From Mobula hypostoma (lineage: Eukaryota), in NCBI RefSeq assembly GCF_963921235.1, contig NC_086118.1, positions 29,452,001 to 29,516,000 of the forward strand: a DNA stretch of 64,000 nucleotides, given 5' to 3'. Numbering within the stretch: position 1 is the stretch's first letter; each line of letters starts with the position of its first letter. The position numbers and the translations under genes are program-made. Under the pieces are notes generated by a model that saw only the letters and a list, made by a program, of their open reading frames with translations, was not told where the DNA came from and ran no database searches. Positions 48,008-62,819 of this stretch are shown here, piece by piece.

Positions 48008-49865
48008 TAATTTGACATATTATAGAATAGAAAGTAAAGAATATGAATATAGATTGAGGAAGTGTTACAGACAGCAGATAAACCAGGATAGGGGATAGAA
48101 ATAGCTCATGAATAAGAATCAGATTTATTATTACTGGTACATGTCATGAAACTCGTTATCACAGAAAAGCAGAAATACAGATTGTCCATGAGGTCCACTG
48201 CAGGGCTGCTGGTTAGTGGTAGGCCTGAGGTGGATGAATAAGGGAGCAAGAAATGACCAATCAGGCATTGTTGCAGCTTGTGTTTTGATTTCATTCTACA
48301 TGAGTGGAGCAGTTGAACGTATAAACAGAGTGTGTTTAGATGGAAAATGAGAAGTTGCACAGAAGAGACCCAGTAAATTATTTGACATTTATCAGGAGAG
48401 TTTATGGCAATCTCCTTCAATTGTAAAGGTGAGGTATTGATAATAACGAATGTGGCTCCTTCACTTAATGAACAAGTCCTTCAATAAAAACTGAGAAGTA
48501 AAAAGCAAAGATAAAGAATGTCCTTGACCTTTGACTCTAATGATGGAAAATGGATACATTGAAGCCACAAGCCTTTATAAAGTTCCTTGGCATGAATTGC
48601 ATCCAAAGGAAGGAGCAAAAATAGAGAACTAGGTCCAGAAGTCTCAGTCATTAACTCATATGTAATATGCATTGTCATGTTCTCATCAGATTTAGTCAAG
48701 GCAATCAAGCTTTAGAGGAAATTCAGTACTAATCTAATTCCATAAAAACACAAAGAATTATATCTCTTTCTCTGGAGAGCAGCTGCTTTTTTACTGAAAG
48801 ACATAAAAAATATAAATTCTAGCAATTTTTAATGTATTTTACTGTACTCCTGCGGCAAAGCAACACATTTCATGTCATATGTCAGTAATAACAAACTTTG
48901 ATTCTGGTTCTGATTCATGAGATATTTCAGTGCTCTATCCTGACTTATCTGCTCTCTGTAACACTACATTCCCATTCCTCGCTTTTCATTCCAAAACATG
49001 TCATCTTATGTTTCTGTATATTACTTTGTCTCGACCATCAGTTGTTCTGTCTGTCTGTTCAAAGTCTGTCATCATTCTTTCAAACTTCATATTGTTAAGA
49101 ACCATAGAAATTTTTTTTAGAATTCCTATATAAAGTGCACATAGTCTAATATAAATGTTTTAAAAAGACTCACCATTATCATCTCCTTTCTAAACAGGGC
49201 ATTATAGCCCAAAGTTAGTTTCTTTTTTTCCAGTGACAACTTTAGTCCAAGACACATGTGCCCTTATACTGCATATCTACATTTTTGCAACAAAGCTTCT
49301 GAGAGATATTTCATCAAACATCTACAAGAATCTATTCTGCAAAAGTTCACGCTGTCTAATTTAGACTAATCCACACATTTTAAAGCAGCTTACTAATTAG
49401 CGGCATGAATCCAATGCGATTGGCAACATCACAATGAATTATCATCATCCAGGAACTTCTGTCTGTTCTCAACAAGGGAGAGGCTGACAGATCCAAAAGC
49501 ACGAAGCAGGTGTAGAAGGTCAGGTGGAGGCAGTCAAGGGAAGAAGAGCACACTGCCACGAGAGAGTGCCAAGGTCCTGCCAGCAATGGAGTTGGAGTGA
49601 GAATGAAGCACAGATTGGATAAACACTTCACATGGCATATGGCAGAGGGGAATCTCCCCACAGCATAGCCCAGATCTCAAAAGGTTATTACAGTAGAGGG
49701 CATTCTGAATAAGAGAAACAGATATAAGGCTGTAAGACATAGAAGCAGAGTTAGGCCATTGGGCCCATCGGGTCTGCTCCACCATTCAATTTCTCCCCCA
49801 CCTCAGCCACACTCCTCAGCCTGCTCCCTGAAACCTTTGATGCCATGTCCAATCAAGAACCTATG

Positions 49866-50147
49866 CTTTCTTCACCTTTCCTGCCTATCCCCTCCCTGCT
49901 TTCCCTCCCCCACCCCTTTATGTTTCCCCTTACTGGTTTTTCACCTGGAACCTACCAGTCTTCTCCTTCCCACCCTCCCCCCGCCTTCTTTATAGGGCCT
50001 CTGCCCCTTCCCTCCTCAGTCCTGATGAAGGGTCTCGGCCCGAAACGTTGACTGATCATTTCCACGGATGCTGCCCGACCTGCTGAGTTCCTCCAGCCTG
50101 TTGTGAGTGTTGCTTTGACTCCAGCATCTGCAGAGTATTTTGTGTTT
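49866..50147 (+). mobile_element. 282-bp Penelope terminal-repeat insertion
   Basis: Perfect 11-bp TSD aagaacctatg (49855-49865, 50148-50158); pyrimidine spacer, hammerhead motif and standard tail. Confidence 0.9.
50016..50055 (+). ncRNA. Minimal type I hammerhead ribozyme motif, best-preserved copy
   Basis: UCAGUC-CUGAUGA-A-GGGU(CUCG)GCCC-GAAACGUU-GACUGA: 6-bp stem I, 4-bp stem II, intact core, GUU triplet, ACGU palindrome. Confidence 0.75.
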
Positions 50148-51591
50148 AAGAACCTATGAAGCTCTGCCTTAAATACACCCAATGACCTAGCCTCCAAAGC
50201 TACCTGCGGTAATAAATTCCACAAATTCACCACCCCATGGCCAAAGAAATTTCTCCATAATGAGCATCTCTCTATCCTGAAGCGGTGACCTCTTGTCCTA
50301 GACTCTCCCACCATGGGAAGCATCCTTTCATAATCTACCATGTCTAGGCCTTTCAACATTAGTAAGGTTTCAATGAGATCCCCCTCCTCATCCTTCTTAA
50401 TTCCAGCGAGTACAGGCCCAGAGCTATTAAACATTCCTCATATGATAACCCTTTAATTCCCAGAATCATCCTTGTGAACTTCCTCTGAACCATCTCCAAT
50501 CCCAGCACATCTTTTCTTAGACGAGGAGCCCAAAACTGTTCACAATACTCAAGGTGAGGCCTCACCAGTGTCTTATAAAGCCTCAGCATCACATCCCTGC
50601 TCCTGTATTCTAGACCTTTTGAAATGAATACTAACATTGCATTTACCTTCCTCACCACCAACTCAACCTGCAAGTTAACCTTTAGGGTGTTCTACACAAG
50701 GACTCCCAAGTCCCTTTGCATCTCACATTTTTGGATTTTCTCCCCATATAGAAAATAGTCTGCTGTTTTATTTCTTCTACCAAATTGCATCACTATGCAA
50801 ATTCCAACACTGTATTTCATTTGCCACTCCCTTGCCCATTTTCCTAATCTGTCTAAGTCCTTCAGCAGCCTACCTGTTTCCTCAACACTACCTTAGCCCC
50901 CTACCAATTTTCGTATCATCTGCAAATGTGGCAACAAAGCCATCGAATCCATCATCTAAATCATTGATATACAGCATCAAAAGAAGTGGTCCCAACACCA
51001 ACCCCTGCGGAGCACACTAGTCACAAGCACCCGACCAGAAAAGGATCCTTTTATTCCCATTCACTACTTCCTTCCAATCAGCCAAATCTCTAACCATGCC
51101 AGTAACTTTCCTGTAACACCACGGACTCTTAACTTGGTAAGCAGCCCCATGTGTGGCTCCTTGACAAAGACCTTCTGAAAGTCCAAAATGTAACATCCAC
51201 TTCATCCCTTTTATCTATCCTACATGTAATCTCCTCAATGAATTCCAAGAGGTCGACAGGCAGGATTTTTCCCTTAAGAACGCCATACTGACTTTGTTCT
51301 ATCTTGTCCTGTGTCACCAAGTACTTCATAACTTCATCCTTAATAATTGATTCCAACATCTTTGAAACCACTGAGCTCAAGCTAACTGGTCTTTAATTTC
51401 CTTTCTGCTGCCTTCCTCCTTTCTTAATGAGTGGAGTGGCATTTGCAATTTTCCACTCCTCTGGCACCATTGCCAGAGTCCAGTTTGCAATGGTCGTGAA
51501 AGTGGCTTGCTTGAAGATTCGCTACTCATCCTGTGAGGCCATGGTGGCTCAGCAAACGCCACTTAGGACTTGATTTGGAAGGACGGCAAAG

Positions 51592-51765
51592 GTACTGTGG
51601 TGCAGCAGTTAGCACTGCTGCTTCACAGCTCTGATAAACCAGGCTTTGATCCTGACCTTGGATGCTGTCTGAGTGGAGTTTGCACGTTCATCCTGTGACC
51701 ATGTGCATTTCCCCCGAGTCCCCTGGTTTCCTCCCATATCTCAAAGGCATGTGGTTCGTAGGTTA
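51592..51765 (+). mobile_element. V-SINE/HE1-like SINE
   Basis: tRNA-like head gtggtgcagcagttagcactgctgcttcacagc and V domain gagtttgcacgttc...ggtttcctccca...aaaggcatg. Confidence 0.75.
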
Positions 51766-54619
51766 AACAAACAATCTACTGGAGGAACTCAGCCAATCAA
51801 GCAGCAATTTGTGGGGTGGGGGGGATAGAGAGGAATAGTTGCTGTTCTGTTTAGAAACCCTGCATCAGGATTGAAGCGCTGATAAACCCTCTAGCTGAAT
51901 TTTCCAATAGATAATTTGTTGCTCCAGATGCCAGCCTCTGCAGTCTTTTGGGTCTCCGAGTTGGTAAGTTTATCGGAAGTCAATGCTAATGCAGGAAGCT
52001 GAAGAATGAGGAGTTGATGCATGTGCGAGAGAGGAAAGGATAGAATGAAATACGTAGGGGAACAGAGTTGCTCTCAGTTGTGAGAGGTGGCACAAAGTGA
52101 ATAGTCGAAAAAAATACGACCATGTGGTGACTTACATAACCGGAAGGCTTTATGCCAAGCAAAGCTCACAGGGGGAGAATGCCTGTTTCTGTTTTCCTTT
52201 CCTTTGAAAAGTTGGAAAGTATAAGTGCGGCTTACACAACATTGGTTAGGTGCCATTTTAAGAATTATATTCTGATTGCTCTGTGTTTCATTGATACACT
52301 TTTATTCCGTCTATCTATCCTTATGGAAGGAAACTGCAATAAGATTGTTCCCTGACACTGTAAGACATTATTTCATGAAGTACGCTGATTTCTAACTATT
52401 TAGCAGTATTTTAGAGAGTGACAAAGTTACCGAAAAACAAGGACAATGAAATGATAGAAATGTAATTTGCCAAGAGCCAAATCAGAGACAATGAAATGTT
52501 TTCACCGGCCCCAAATGTTTGAAGCAAATCCTCTTCATTATAGGTTATTCTATTCACAAAGTCAAATTGCATCAAGGGAATCCATTGTCACCTCTTAATG
52601 CAAGTATATAACATAAGAATTAGTCAACAATCATTTATAGCTGTACTTTCATTGATCTTGAAGCCATAAGAATGTCATTGTTTTGAGTTAAAGCAGGATG
52701 TGATACAGCCATGGTTCCTGTTCTGTTAGAGTGAGATATCTCATCATTGTGCATTCCTACTTTACCAGATATGAACTCCCAAGTTTCTTTGGTTCCTTGA
52801 CATCCTTCAGCATCTTAGCACTAAGTATATAATTAGAGGGTAGCTTTATGCTCCATTGACATTTTTACCTTAATGCTGTAATTATCTAAATTCCATCATA
52901 TTTGACACCTGTCAGTACTGTTTGTAACTTTACAAAGAGGTCAGCTTAATGACCCATAATGAGGGAAAGGTTCAAATTCAAAAATGTAGGCACTTCAAAT
53001 AATCACAGATTTCTGCAACACAGAAACAGGCCCTTCAGCCCTTAGATTTATGCCAACCATCAAGTACTCTTCTATGGTAATTTATTTACCAGTACTAGTC
53101 CACAACCTTTTGTGCCCTGTTGACCCAGGTACTTGTCCAAATTCTTCCAACGCGTTGCAAGAGTATGTGTCTCCAACACCTTCTCAGGCAGTGCTTTCCC
53201 AATTGCAAACTTTTGCTGGATTTCAGATCATCCTCTTCCTCTTCACCTTAAACCTGGAGCAATGTTTCTTACTCCATATCTATCACCCTATCCACCCTAT
53301 CTATCGTAATGTTAATAATAATAATATAGCGATAGATAGGGTGATCAATCTATCACCCTTCCAATGACCCTCATACCTTTCTACACCTCTTCCAGATCTC
53401 CCTATCAGCCTCACCCCTTTGAGGAAAACAACTCAGTCTAACTAAAATATTCGATCCCAGGCAACATCCTGCTAAACTTTGCTTCACTCTCTGCTATGTT
53501 CTCATTCTCTTATAGTTTGGCAACAAAGACTGCACACGATAATCCAAAGATTAATAAAGTTACTCCATGCTCTTATATTCTCTGACTCAGCTGGTGAAGG
53601 CCAACAACCATATGCCTTTTTCACCACCACGAATGTAATTTCTTTCCTTAAATTTGTTAAATCTGGAATTTAAAACTATGATGGCAATAATAGCATTTGC
53701 CATGAAACAAATGGATTGTTGCTGAAACAAATCAGCTCTAGCAGCGTCCTTCAGAAAGGCAATCTGCCATTCTTACATGTTCCGGCCTATATGACTCTGG
53801 CTCACTGCAGTGATTCATTCTGACAGGCTGAGGTGCCCTGGAAAGATACTGAGTTCAAGGACAATTAGGGATGAAAATCAAATCTTGTTCTTGCCAGCAA
53901 CACCGACATTGTGTGACTAAATATAAAAAGCGGCATCGAATAGAATTGCAGATCCAAGCTATTTAGAGCACCAGAACAGATCCCAGGCTGCCATTAGTAA
54001 ACACTCATTTCCAAATTGCTGTTTTCCTCCAAATTGATTAATTTCCTTCACCCAAGGACCATTGAATCCTATCTCTTACATAGCAGCTGCTGAATTCACT
54101 ATAAAAGAATAAACAAAACATTATGATGCTTTTCTTTCTCATGTGATAAACATAAATCAATTCTATGACATGTAGCAAAATGTCTGTTGCTTAACAACAT
54201 TGATGTTGAAATGCCCCATTGAAAATCTCATTTTAATAACATAAATTACGCTGAAAGTCTTTTATTTCATTAATAAGTGGCTGGGAAATTTAAGTGACAG
54301 CAGAAAGTAGCATTTTATTTGTACCAAAGCTCTGATTATTGTTTACAATGCTCATTATTGAGAAACTGTCTCCAATTTTTAACTTACATGAGAAAATCTG
54401 CAGATGCTGGAAATCTAAACAATGCACACAAAATGCTGGAGGAACTCAGCATCTATAGGAAAGAACAAACTGACGACGCTTTGGGCCAAGATCCTTCATC
54501 AGGACTGGAAAAAAGATGAGAAACCAGAGCAAGAGACTGTGAGGAGGGGAGGAAGGAGTACAATTTTTCATTTGTTTAATCTACATCAACCCTAATTATT
54601 TCCTTATCTTTTATGTAAA

Positions 54620-54822
54620 GAAGAAAGCCCTTAACTCCAAGTGGAGTCATTGGGACACTGTCATGACGGTGTTTTTTTAGCAGGCTTTCTTATTTTTATG
54701 AGGCCGAGTTGCTAGCTCGACGCCCAACCCAGCACGGATGGCTGCAAGGGGGCCGGCTGGATTCGAACTCGGGAGCTTTCTTTCTGAAGTCCGGCGCTGA
54801 TGCCACTACGCCACCAGCCGGC
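54620..54822 (-). mobile_element. tRNA-derived SINE
   Basis: Minus-strand A box GGTGGCGTAGTGG and B box GAGTTCGAATCC; 15-bp TSD tatcttttat(g/a)taaa (54605-54619, 54823-54837). Confidence 0.85.
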
Positions 54823-55184
54823 TATCTTTTATATAAACTACCGCAATATTTTAATTGAAAAAGATTTATCTCCAAGTTGCAGAAGTAAAATAGAATCTGT
54901 CCTTCGAGTCAATATTCAAATATCATTCTTAGTTACGTAAACATGGTTCAAATAGTGTAGAAAGCTTTCCTAACTGGCAAAGAGACAATGAATGACAAAG
55001 AACCAACTCTGATTGCATGAACCAAGAACACAGATATCATTGGTTTTAAATATGCCATACAGACAAATACAGGCTTCTCTGTACCTAGTGCAAGGATATT
55101 AAAGCAAGGTTTTGTAAATGCATGCATATTTTAATGAAAAGATAATGCATATTGTTATACCATTGTCTACATGAAACAGTATCG

Positions 55185-58100
55185 TAGGAAAGCAGCATCC
55201 ATCATCAAAAGTCACCACCACCCAGATCATGCTCTCTTCTCATTGCTGCCATCGGCTGGAAGATACAAGAGCCTCAGGACTTGCACCAGCAGGTTCAAGA
55301 ACAATTCCTACCCTCAACCATCAGGCTCTTTAACATAGGGGATAACTGCATTCACTTGCCCATCCATTGAGATGTTCTCACTACCAATGATCTTACTTTA
55401 AGGACACTTTATCTCATTATCTATTGTTCTTAGTACTTATTGTTATTTACTTATATTTGCGTTTGCACATTTTTTTGTCTTCTGCACTCTGGTTGATCTT
55501 TCATCGATCCTGTTATAGTTGCTATTCTATAGATTTGCTGAGTACGCCCACAGGAAAATGAATTCCAGGGTTGTATCTGGTGTCATATATATGTACCATA
55601 ATAAAATTTACTTTGAACTGCCTGTGCCGCTACAAAGTGCATGCTATGCTCTTCTGAAAGGGAAATCATGCCCAATTTCTTTGTATTCCTACCATTGATA
55701 ACTGACAGAGGCATGTATGTATTACCCATTCTACTAACAATGAACCCTATGCAGAAAGTGTCTCAGCTACAATAAAAAAAACACAGATGCCATCATTAGC
55801 AGAAGGTACCTCGCTAATCTATTCACATGCATCAATTTTACACGAGTCCTCATGACTCATTGAGTTGCAGAGCTATTGAGTTATGTAGCACAGAAACAAG
55901 CCCTTCAATCAAATTTGTTCATGCTGATCAAGTTGCTTACCTGAGCTTTTCCCATTTGCCTGCATTTGGCCAATATCCCTTGAGAACTTTCTTATCCATG
56001 TACCTGTCTAAACTTCTTTTAAATACTGTAATTTGTCCCACCTACCCCACTTCCTCTGGCAGCTTGTTCCATATACCCACCACACTCTGTCCAAAAAAAT
56101 TGCCCAGCAGATCCCTGTTCAATCTAATGCAGAGGATCGAAAAGGGCTTCAGAAGGTTATAGACGCACCCAGTTCCATACCTCCCCGCCATCAATGACAT
56201 CTGCAAGAGGCGAAGGAACTTCACCATCAGAAACATGCCCTCTTCTCGTTACTACCACAGGTACAGGAACCTGAAGATGCACAGTCACCTTTTCAGGAAA
56301 AACATATTCCCTTCTGCCATCAGATTTCAGAACCAGAATCACTTTATTGCCAGTATGTGAAACATACCGGAATTGATTGTGGTTCACTGCCAAGCATAAA
56401 ACACAGGACAATACCATAACAGATCACGTAATAACAACCAACAATTTACAAGACAGTAATGCAAACAGCCATGAGCAATCAACAATTAGTGCAAAAGCCA
56501 ATAATCAAATTTAAATAAAAGTGAGCACATGAACAGACTAAATAATTACCAACAGAGCAAGGAGAGCAGGAAGGACCATATAACAGATGTTGTGCAGGGA
56601 CAGTCAGGGTATTACTCCTGAGTGAGTTTTGTTGAGAAGCTGGATAGCTGCATGAAAGAAGCTTCGGAGGTGACATGTAGTTCTGGTGGCGATGGACTTG
56701 CAGCGTCTCCCATTGGCAATTTGGAAAACAGATGACTGCTAGGGTGGGTGGAGTCAGCAGTAATTTTTTCAGCTTTTATTTTCGCTCTGGTGATAAGCAG
56801 GTCTTTTAATGTCAGTAGCTGACAGCCAATGATCTTCTCCACCTACTGGACCACTCACCTGGACTTGGAGAGGGAAGAGGTGGTGGGAAACCAAATGATA
56901 ATCGAGGTGGTCACAATGCTGTCAATGATGGCTGAAAATTCAACAGGATGTGCCCTGAGATGCTAAGGTGGCATAGAAAGAACAAACTCTACTGGGCTTT
57001 CCTAGTGATGAATGATATTGGTAATAAGGAATTTGAATGACTCAACCACAGACACAGACTGATCATTAATTTCCATGGGCGGAGGGGGGAAGAGGCAGGT
57101 AGGGAGTTGTTGGAGAAGTCAATCCTCATTTCCACTCTCTTGGTAACACCCGGCTCCAAGTTGTTACAATCACACCATGCTGCAGGACGGTCTACCTCCC
57201 CTTGATAGCAGGTCTCATCATTGTTAGAGATGAGACCATTCAGGATGGGTGGGAATTTTGATTATGCTGGCTACTTTACTGAAGCAGTAGGAAGTATAGA
57301 TCGAGTCCAAAGAGGGCAATTGGTTCCTGTGATATGCTAAGTGAATCCACAACTCTCTGCAGTTTCTGTGCAGAGCAGTTGCCAGACCAAGCTATTATAC
57401 ATCCAGGCAGAATGCTTTCTTTGGTGAAGGAATAAAAATTGGCAAGACTCGATGGGGACACGCCAGATTTCTTTAGCCTCCTGAGGGAGCAGAGACATTT
57501 CCATCCTTCCACAGACTCAGTGGCCAGCTCCAACAGCATATGCACCACGATGAATACAGCCTTTTATGCTTTGATAGTTGCAAGGTTACAATTACAGAAT
57601 TTCAATTATAAAAAGTGGCCATGCTATGAAGATAGCAAGTAATTTTTATAGATGCACCATAGAAAGCATTCTTCTAGGGTGCATCACAACCTGGTATGGA
57701 AGTGTCCTGTCCAAGACCGAAAGAAGCTGCAGAAGATCGTGAACACGGTGCAGCACATCACACAAACCAATCTTCCATCCTTGGACTCACTTTACACTGC
57801 ACGCTGTCGGAGCAGTGCTGCCAGGATAATCAAGGACACGATCCACCCAGCCTACACACTTTTCATCCCTCTTCCCTCCGGGAGAAGGTTCAGGAGCTTG
57901 AAGACTCGTATGGCCAGATTTGGGAACAGCTTCTTTCCAACTGTGATAAGACTGCTGGACGGATCCTGACCCGGATCTGGGCCGTACCTCCAAATACCCG
58001 GACCTGCATCTCGGTTTTATTGCACTACCTTACTTTCCATTTTACTATTTTCTATTTATGATTTATAATTTAAATTTTTAATATTTACTATCGATTTGTA

Positions 58101-58192
58101 ATCCAGGGAGCGGGAAGCGCAGAATCAAATATTGCTATGATGATTGTACATTCTAGTATCAATTGTTTGGCGACAATAAAGTATAAGTATAA
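55185..58192. mobile_element. Cluster of Rex1/Babar fragments (both strands) and a CR1 3' fragment (~55870-56125)
   Basis: Examples: 57640-58192 QDRKKLQKIV...HPAYTLFIPLPSGRRFRSLKTRMARFGNSFFP; 57276-57500 ESILPGCIIAWSGN; 55185-55620 Rex1 tail. Confidence 0.8.
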
Positions 58193-58198
58193 AGTTTA

Positions 58199-59011
<813 letters not shown>

Positions 59012-59022
59012 GACATTATTTT

Positions 59023-59456
59023 CTGACCTCAGTCCAATAGAAAATTTGTGGGCAGACTAAAAAAGTGTGTACAAGCAAGGAGGCCTACAAACCTGACTCA
59101 GTTACACCTGTTCTGTCTGGAGGAATGGAACAAAATTCCGGCAACCCACTGTGAGAAGCTTGTGGAAGGCTATCCAAAACGTTTGACCCAAGTTAAACAA
59201 TTTAAAGGCAATGCTACCAAATACCATCAAAGTGTATGTAAACTTCTGACCCACTGGGAAAGTAATGAAAGAAGTAAAAGCTGAAATAAATCGTTCTCTC
59301 TACCATTATTCTGACATTTCACATTCTTGAGATAAAGTAGTGATCCTAACTGATCTAAGACAGGGAATGATTTCTAGGATTAAATGTCAGGAATTGTAAA
59401 AAAACTGAGTTTAAATGTATTTGGCTAAGGTATATGTAAACTTCTGACTTCAACTG
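59023..59456 (+). mobile_element. 3' end and right IR/DR of the same Sleeping Beauty-like Tc1
   Basis: LKKCVQARRPTNLTQLH..C.EEW...LVEGYPKRLTQVKQFKGNATKY; inner DR gtgtatgtaaacttctgacccactg (59232-59256); outer DR gtatatgtaaacttctgacttcaactg ending 59456. Confidence 0.93.
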
Positions 59457-60589
59457 TGCATGCACCTGAACATCAAAACTAGGTTCAGTTTAACCTCCCC
59501 CTGGAAGACTATCCATAGACCGCATTCGTCAATACTGCACTGAAGCATCTGACTGGATTACGCATTCAAGTGCTGACATTAAACAACTTTCTAATCCAAG
59601 AATGCTACAATTGGTCCAAGGCTCAGTTAATTGCATTTCTACTAAGAAAATAAGACTTCTTGATACACTAATTCTTTACTGTTTCAATGGATGGATTTAG
59701 TAGCTTGTGATTATCAATTTCTGTCTCCTAATTGTTCTATTAGCAGTTGGCTGGAGCATCAAATCATTATCAATAAATTGGAACAACAGCAACGTCAAGT
59801 GACTGGTACACTTCAACTGGGAATGTACTTCAGGTGGGAGTGTCTGTGCATTGAACCAGGAATATGCGTTCATTTTAGATCACAATCCTTCGAAATCAGT
59901 TGACATAAATATGTTTGAACCATTCCTTTTGCCGAATGAGTCACGGTATTTTGTATCAAACTGTTTTATAAAACTGGATGATTGAGCAATAGGCAGCTTT
60001 GCCCTGCTTCACACATTTGCTCTTATTAACAAATCGTGCCTCTTTCAGGAACAGCATGCTACTTTGAAGATGCTTTTATCCAACTAAAGCTCCATGCGCT
60101 TGCAAACAAGCTTGTTGATTCGAAACATATTAGCATAGGAAGTTCTAATTCAATTGATGTCTATGCAGCTGCTCAGCTAGCAAAATATTTTGTAGCTGAT
60201 GAAAACATCCTTTATTGTAATGCAACAAGTCTAAATGGAATTAATCAGGGTGAAAGTTTGAATAAATAAGAATCAGAGAAGACTTTACAGAGAGAACTAT
60301 AAATTTAAATATTTATTCAGTAATTCCAATATTATAACATAGAAAAGAATGTTCCGCTTGCAAAAAAAATGATGTTTTTCCTGCCAAATATTGTTAAGAT
60401 CTGTCATGAATATCTCAGCACAGTTTATTATAGATATGCTAGAATAAGTTCTGAGGCCCAATGCCATTAAAGGAATATGCAAAAATGTGTATAAAGCTTA
60501 TGGTGGGACTGCTAAAAATTGTCTTCAGTTCATGTATAAATTCAATTTGATCCTGAGCCTTCTTGTAACTTTTTACACTTTATTCTCTG

Positions 60590-61090
60590 TATATATAGAA
60601 ATAAAGTAAATAGATTAATAAAATATCATACATAAATAATGTGAAAGAGGAACAGTGTGGTGGTATTCATGAGCTCATGGACTGTGAAAAATCTGATGGT
60701 GGAGGAAGCTGTTCCTACAATGTTGAGTGTGCATCTTCAGGCTCCTGTACCTCCTCCTTGATGGTAGCAACAAGAAGAGGGCATGTCCCTGATGATGAGG
60801 GTCCTTAATGATGGTTGGTGTCTACCTGAGGAACCACCTTTTGTAGATGTCCTTGATGGCGAAGGGTCTTATGACCACGATGGAGATGGCTGAGTCTACG
60901 ACCCTCTGCAGTCTCTTCCGATCCTGTGCATTGGAACCTCTTAAACCAGGCAGTGGTGCAACCAGCTAGAATTCTCTCCACAGTACATCTGTCGTATTTG
61001 CTGGATCTTTGGTGACATCGCAAATCTCCTCAGATTCATATTGACGTATAGCTGCTAGTGTGCCTTCTTCATGATTGCATCAATATGTGA
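60590..61090 (-). mobile_element. Rex1/Babar LINE 3' fragment
   Basis: YDRCTVERILAGCTTAWF motif; similar to 29186-29890. Confidence 0.8.
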
Positions 61091-62156
61091 GGAAGAGATA
61101 GATGCATCTGAAGACAGTTAGATATGCGGAGTGAAATATTGGGGATGGCTGGAAAAGGTGGAAGAGAAGTCCATTGACTGATTACCTTTGCATCTGCCAC
61201 CATGTTTTCAACTGCTAGATTTTTTTCAGCTGATCTTCGGACAGGAAATTTTTCAGGTAAAGGGTTACATCATCTGGGGAAAGGAGGCTTGCTTCCCAAC
61301 AAAAACTGGCATACCTGTTGTCATGACTGAGTCCAGAGAAAGTTGATTCACCTGAAGCTTAAACACAGAGCATGGTGGGGTACTTAGAGACAATTAAGAA
61401 GCTCTTAGATAGGCACATGGGTGATCGAAAAAAATGGATGGTCATATAAGAGGGAAGGAATGGTTTGACCTTGGAGTACGTTAAAAGGTGGCATAACATC
61501 ATGGCCCAAAGGCTCTTTACTGTGTTGCAGCATTCAATGTTCTATTTTCTAAAACAGGAGAAATCACTGAGAAATCCAAATGGAAGTTCAGTAGAAATCC
61601 CTGATGAAAGATTATTGACCTGAAGTATTATCTCTGTTTCTCCTTCCATAGGTGTTGCCTGAGTTTCATGCACTTTCAGGTTTTATTTTACAAGGAACTT
61701 TCTTACACTAGGAATACGAGAATGCAGAATGTATTTACAGAGGGACTTGTAAAAAAAAATAAGAGAGATTCACTTACAGTGCAACTAAGTAAGAAAAAAA
61801 TACAGATTATATTAAGAACAAATAGAAGAAAGATGGGGCATAAACATTAGCAAGGATTAGATGACCGGTGTGGCCTATTAAATGCTGCATCTCCTATGTT
61901 TATCTTTACGATATATAGCTAATTGATCTGCTACAACCAACTTCCCAACCACATTTTGTGATTCACATTTTTTCATTACATGTTGACTTATTTGAAGAAA
62001 AATGAGAAGGCATGGATGTTAAAAATCTGAAAGAAAAGCAGAAGTTGTTGAAAATATTCAGCAGGTCAGGGAAGGGAAACAAATCAGGGTTTCAGATTGG
62101 TGACCCTTCATCAAAACAGGCATACATTTAAAGATTAGCAGGTATTAAACTGAGTG

Positions 62157-62467
62157 TGTGCACGTGGCCAAGTGGTTAAGGCATTGGACTAGCGACCTGA
62201 AGGTCATGAGTTCGAGTCCCAGCCGGGCAACGTGTTGTATCCTTGAGCAAGGCACTTAAATCACACATTGCTCTGCGATGTCACTGGTGCCAAGCTGTAT
62301 GGGTCCTAATGCCCTTCCTTTGGACAACATTGGTGGCGTGGAGAGGGGAGACTTGCAGCATCGGCAACTGCTGGTCTTCCATACAGCCTTGCCCAGGCCT
62401 GCACCCTGGAGAGTGAGGACTCTCCAGGCGCAGATCCATGGTCTCGCAAGACTAACGGATGCCTTTA
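62157..62467 (+). mobile_element. tRNA-derived CORE-like SINE
   Basis: A box TGGCCAAGTGG, B box GAGTTCGAGTCC, core tccttgagcaaggcacttaa; 3' tail differs from 43701-43932. Confidence 0.8.
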
Positions 62468-62819
62468 AGGTATTAATTGTAAAGAGTGAAGGAGAGGAAG
62501 AGAGAAGAAAAAGTTAGGTTTCTAGAAGGGTGGGAGGATTTTAATGGGGTGATAGTGTAAGGTGAGTGCTGTTCCTTGAGTCTATGCTGAGTTTCACTGG
62601 AACAGTGTGGGAGTTGAAGAGCAAAGAGGTCAGGGGAATAAAAGTGACAAAAAAAAGTGTTTGACAACTCACTCTTGCAGAAAGTTGTCAAGTCAGATTA
62701 TTTTTGATTCGCATTTGGTTAACAGCTTGGCCATTCAAAATATGAAACCCCAAGTTCCACTCTTGCTCAATCCCTCAGCAGGAAAGCACTAGAAATGCTC
62801 CAGTTGGTTTCAGTCTCAA

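Larger units (their letters stand above)
49728..51480 (-). mobile_element. CR1 LINE (RT and 3' end), interrupted by a PLE insertion
   Basis: SVVSKMLESIIKD, FADDTKIG (rc ccaattttcgtatcatctgcaaa), LYKTLVRPHLEYCEQFWAP. Confidence 0.92.

Noticed and set aside
60036..60269. Possible + strand exon after ctctttcag (GTACYFEDAFIQLK...)
   Set aside because: No recognisable homology and no convincing donor; length is within chance expectation.
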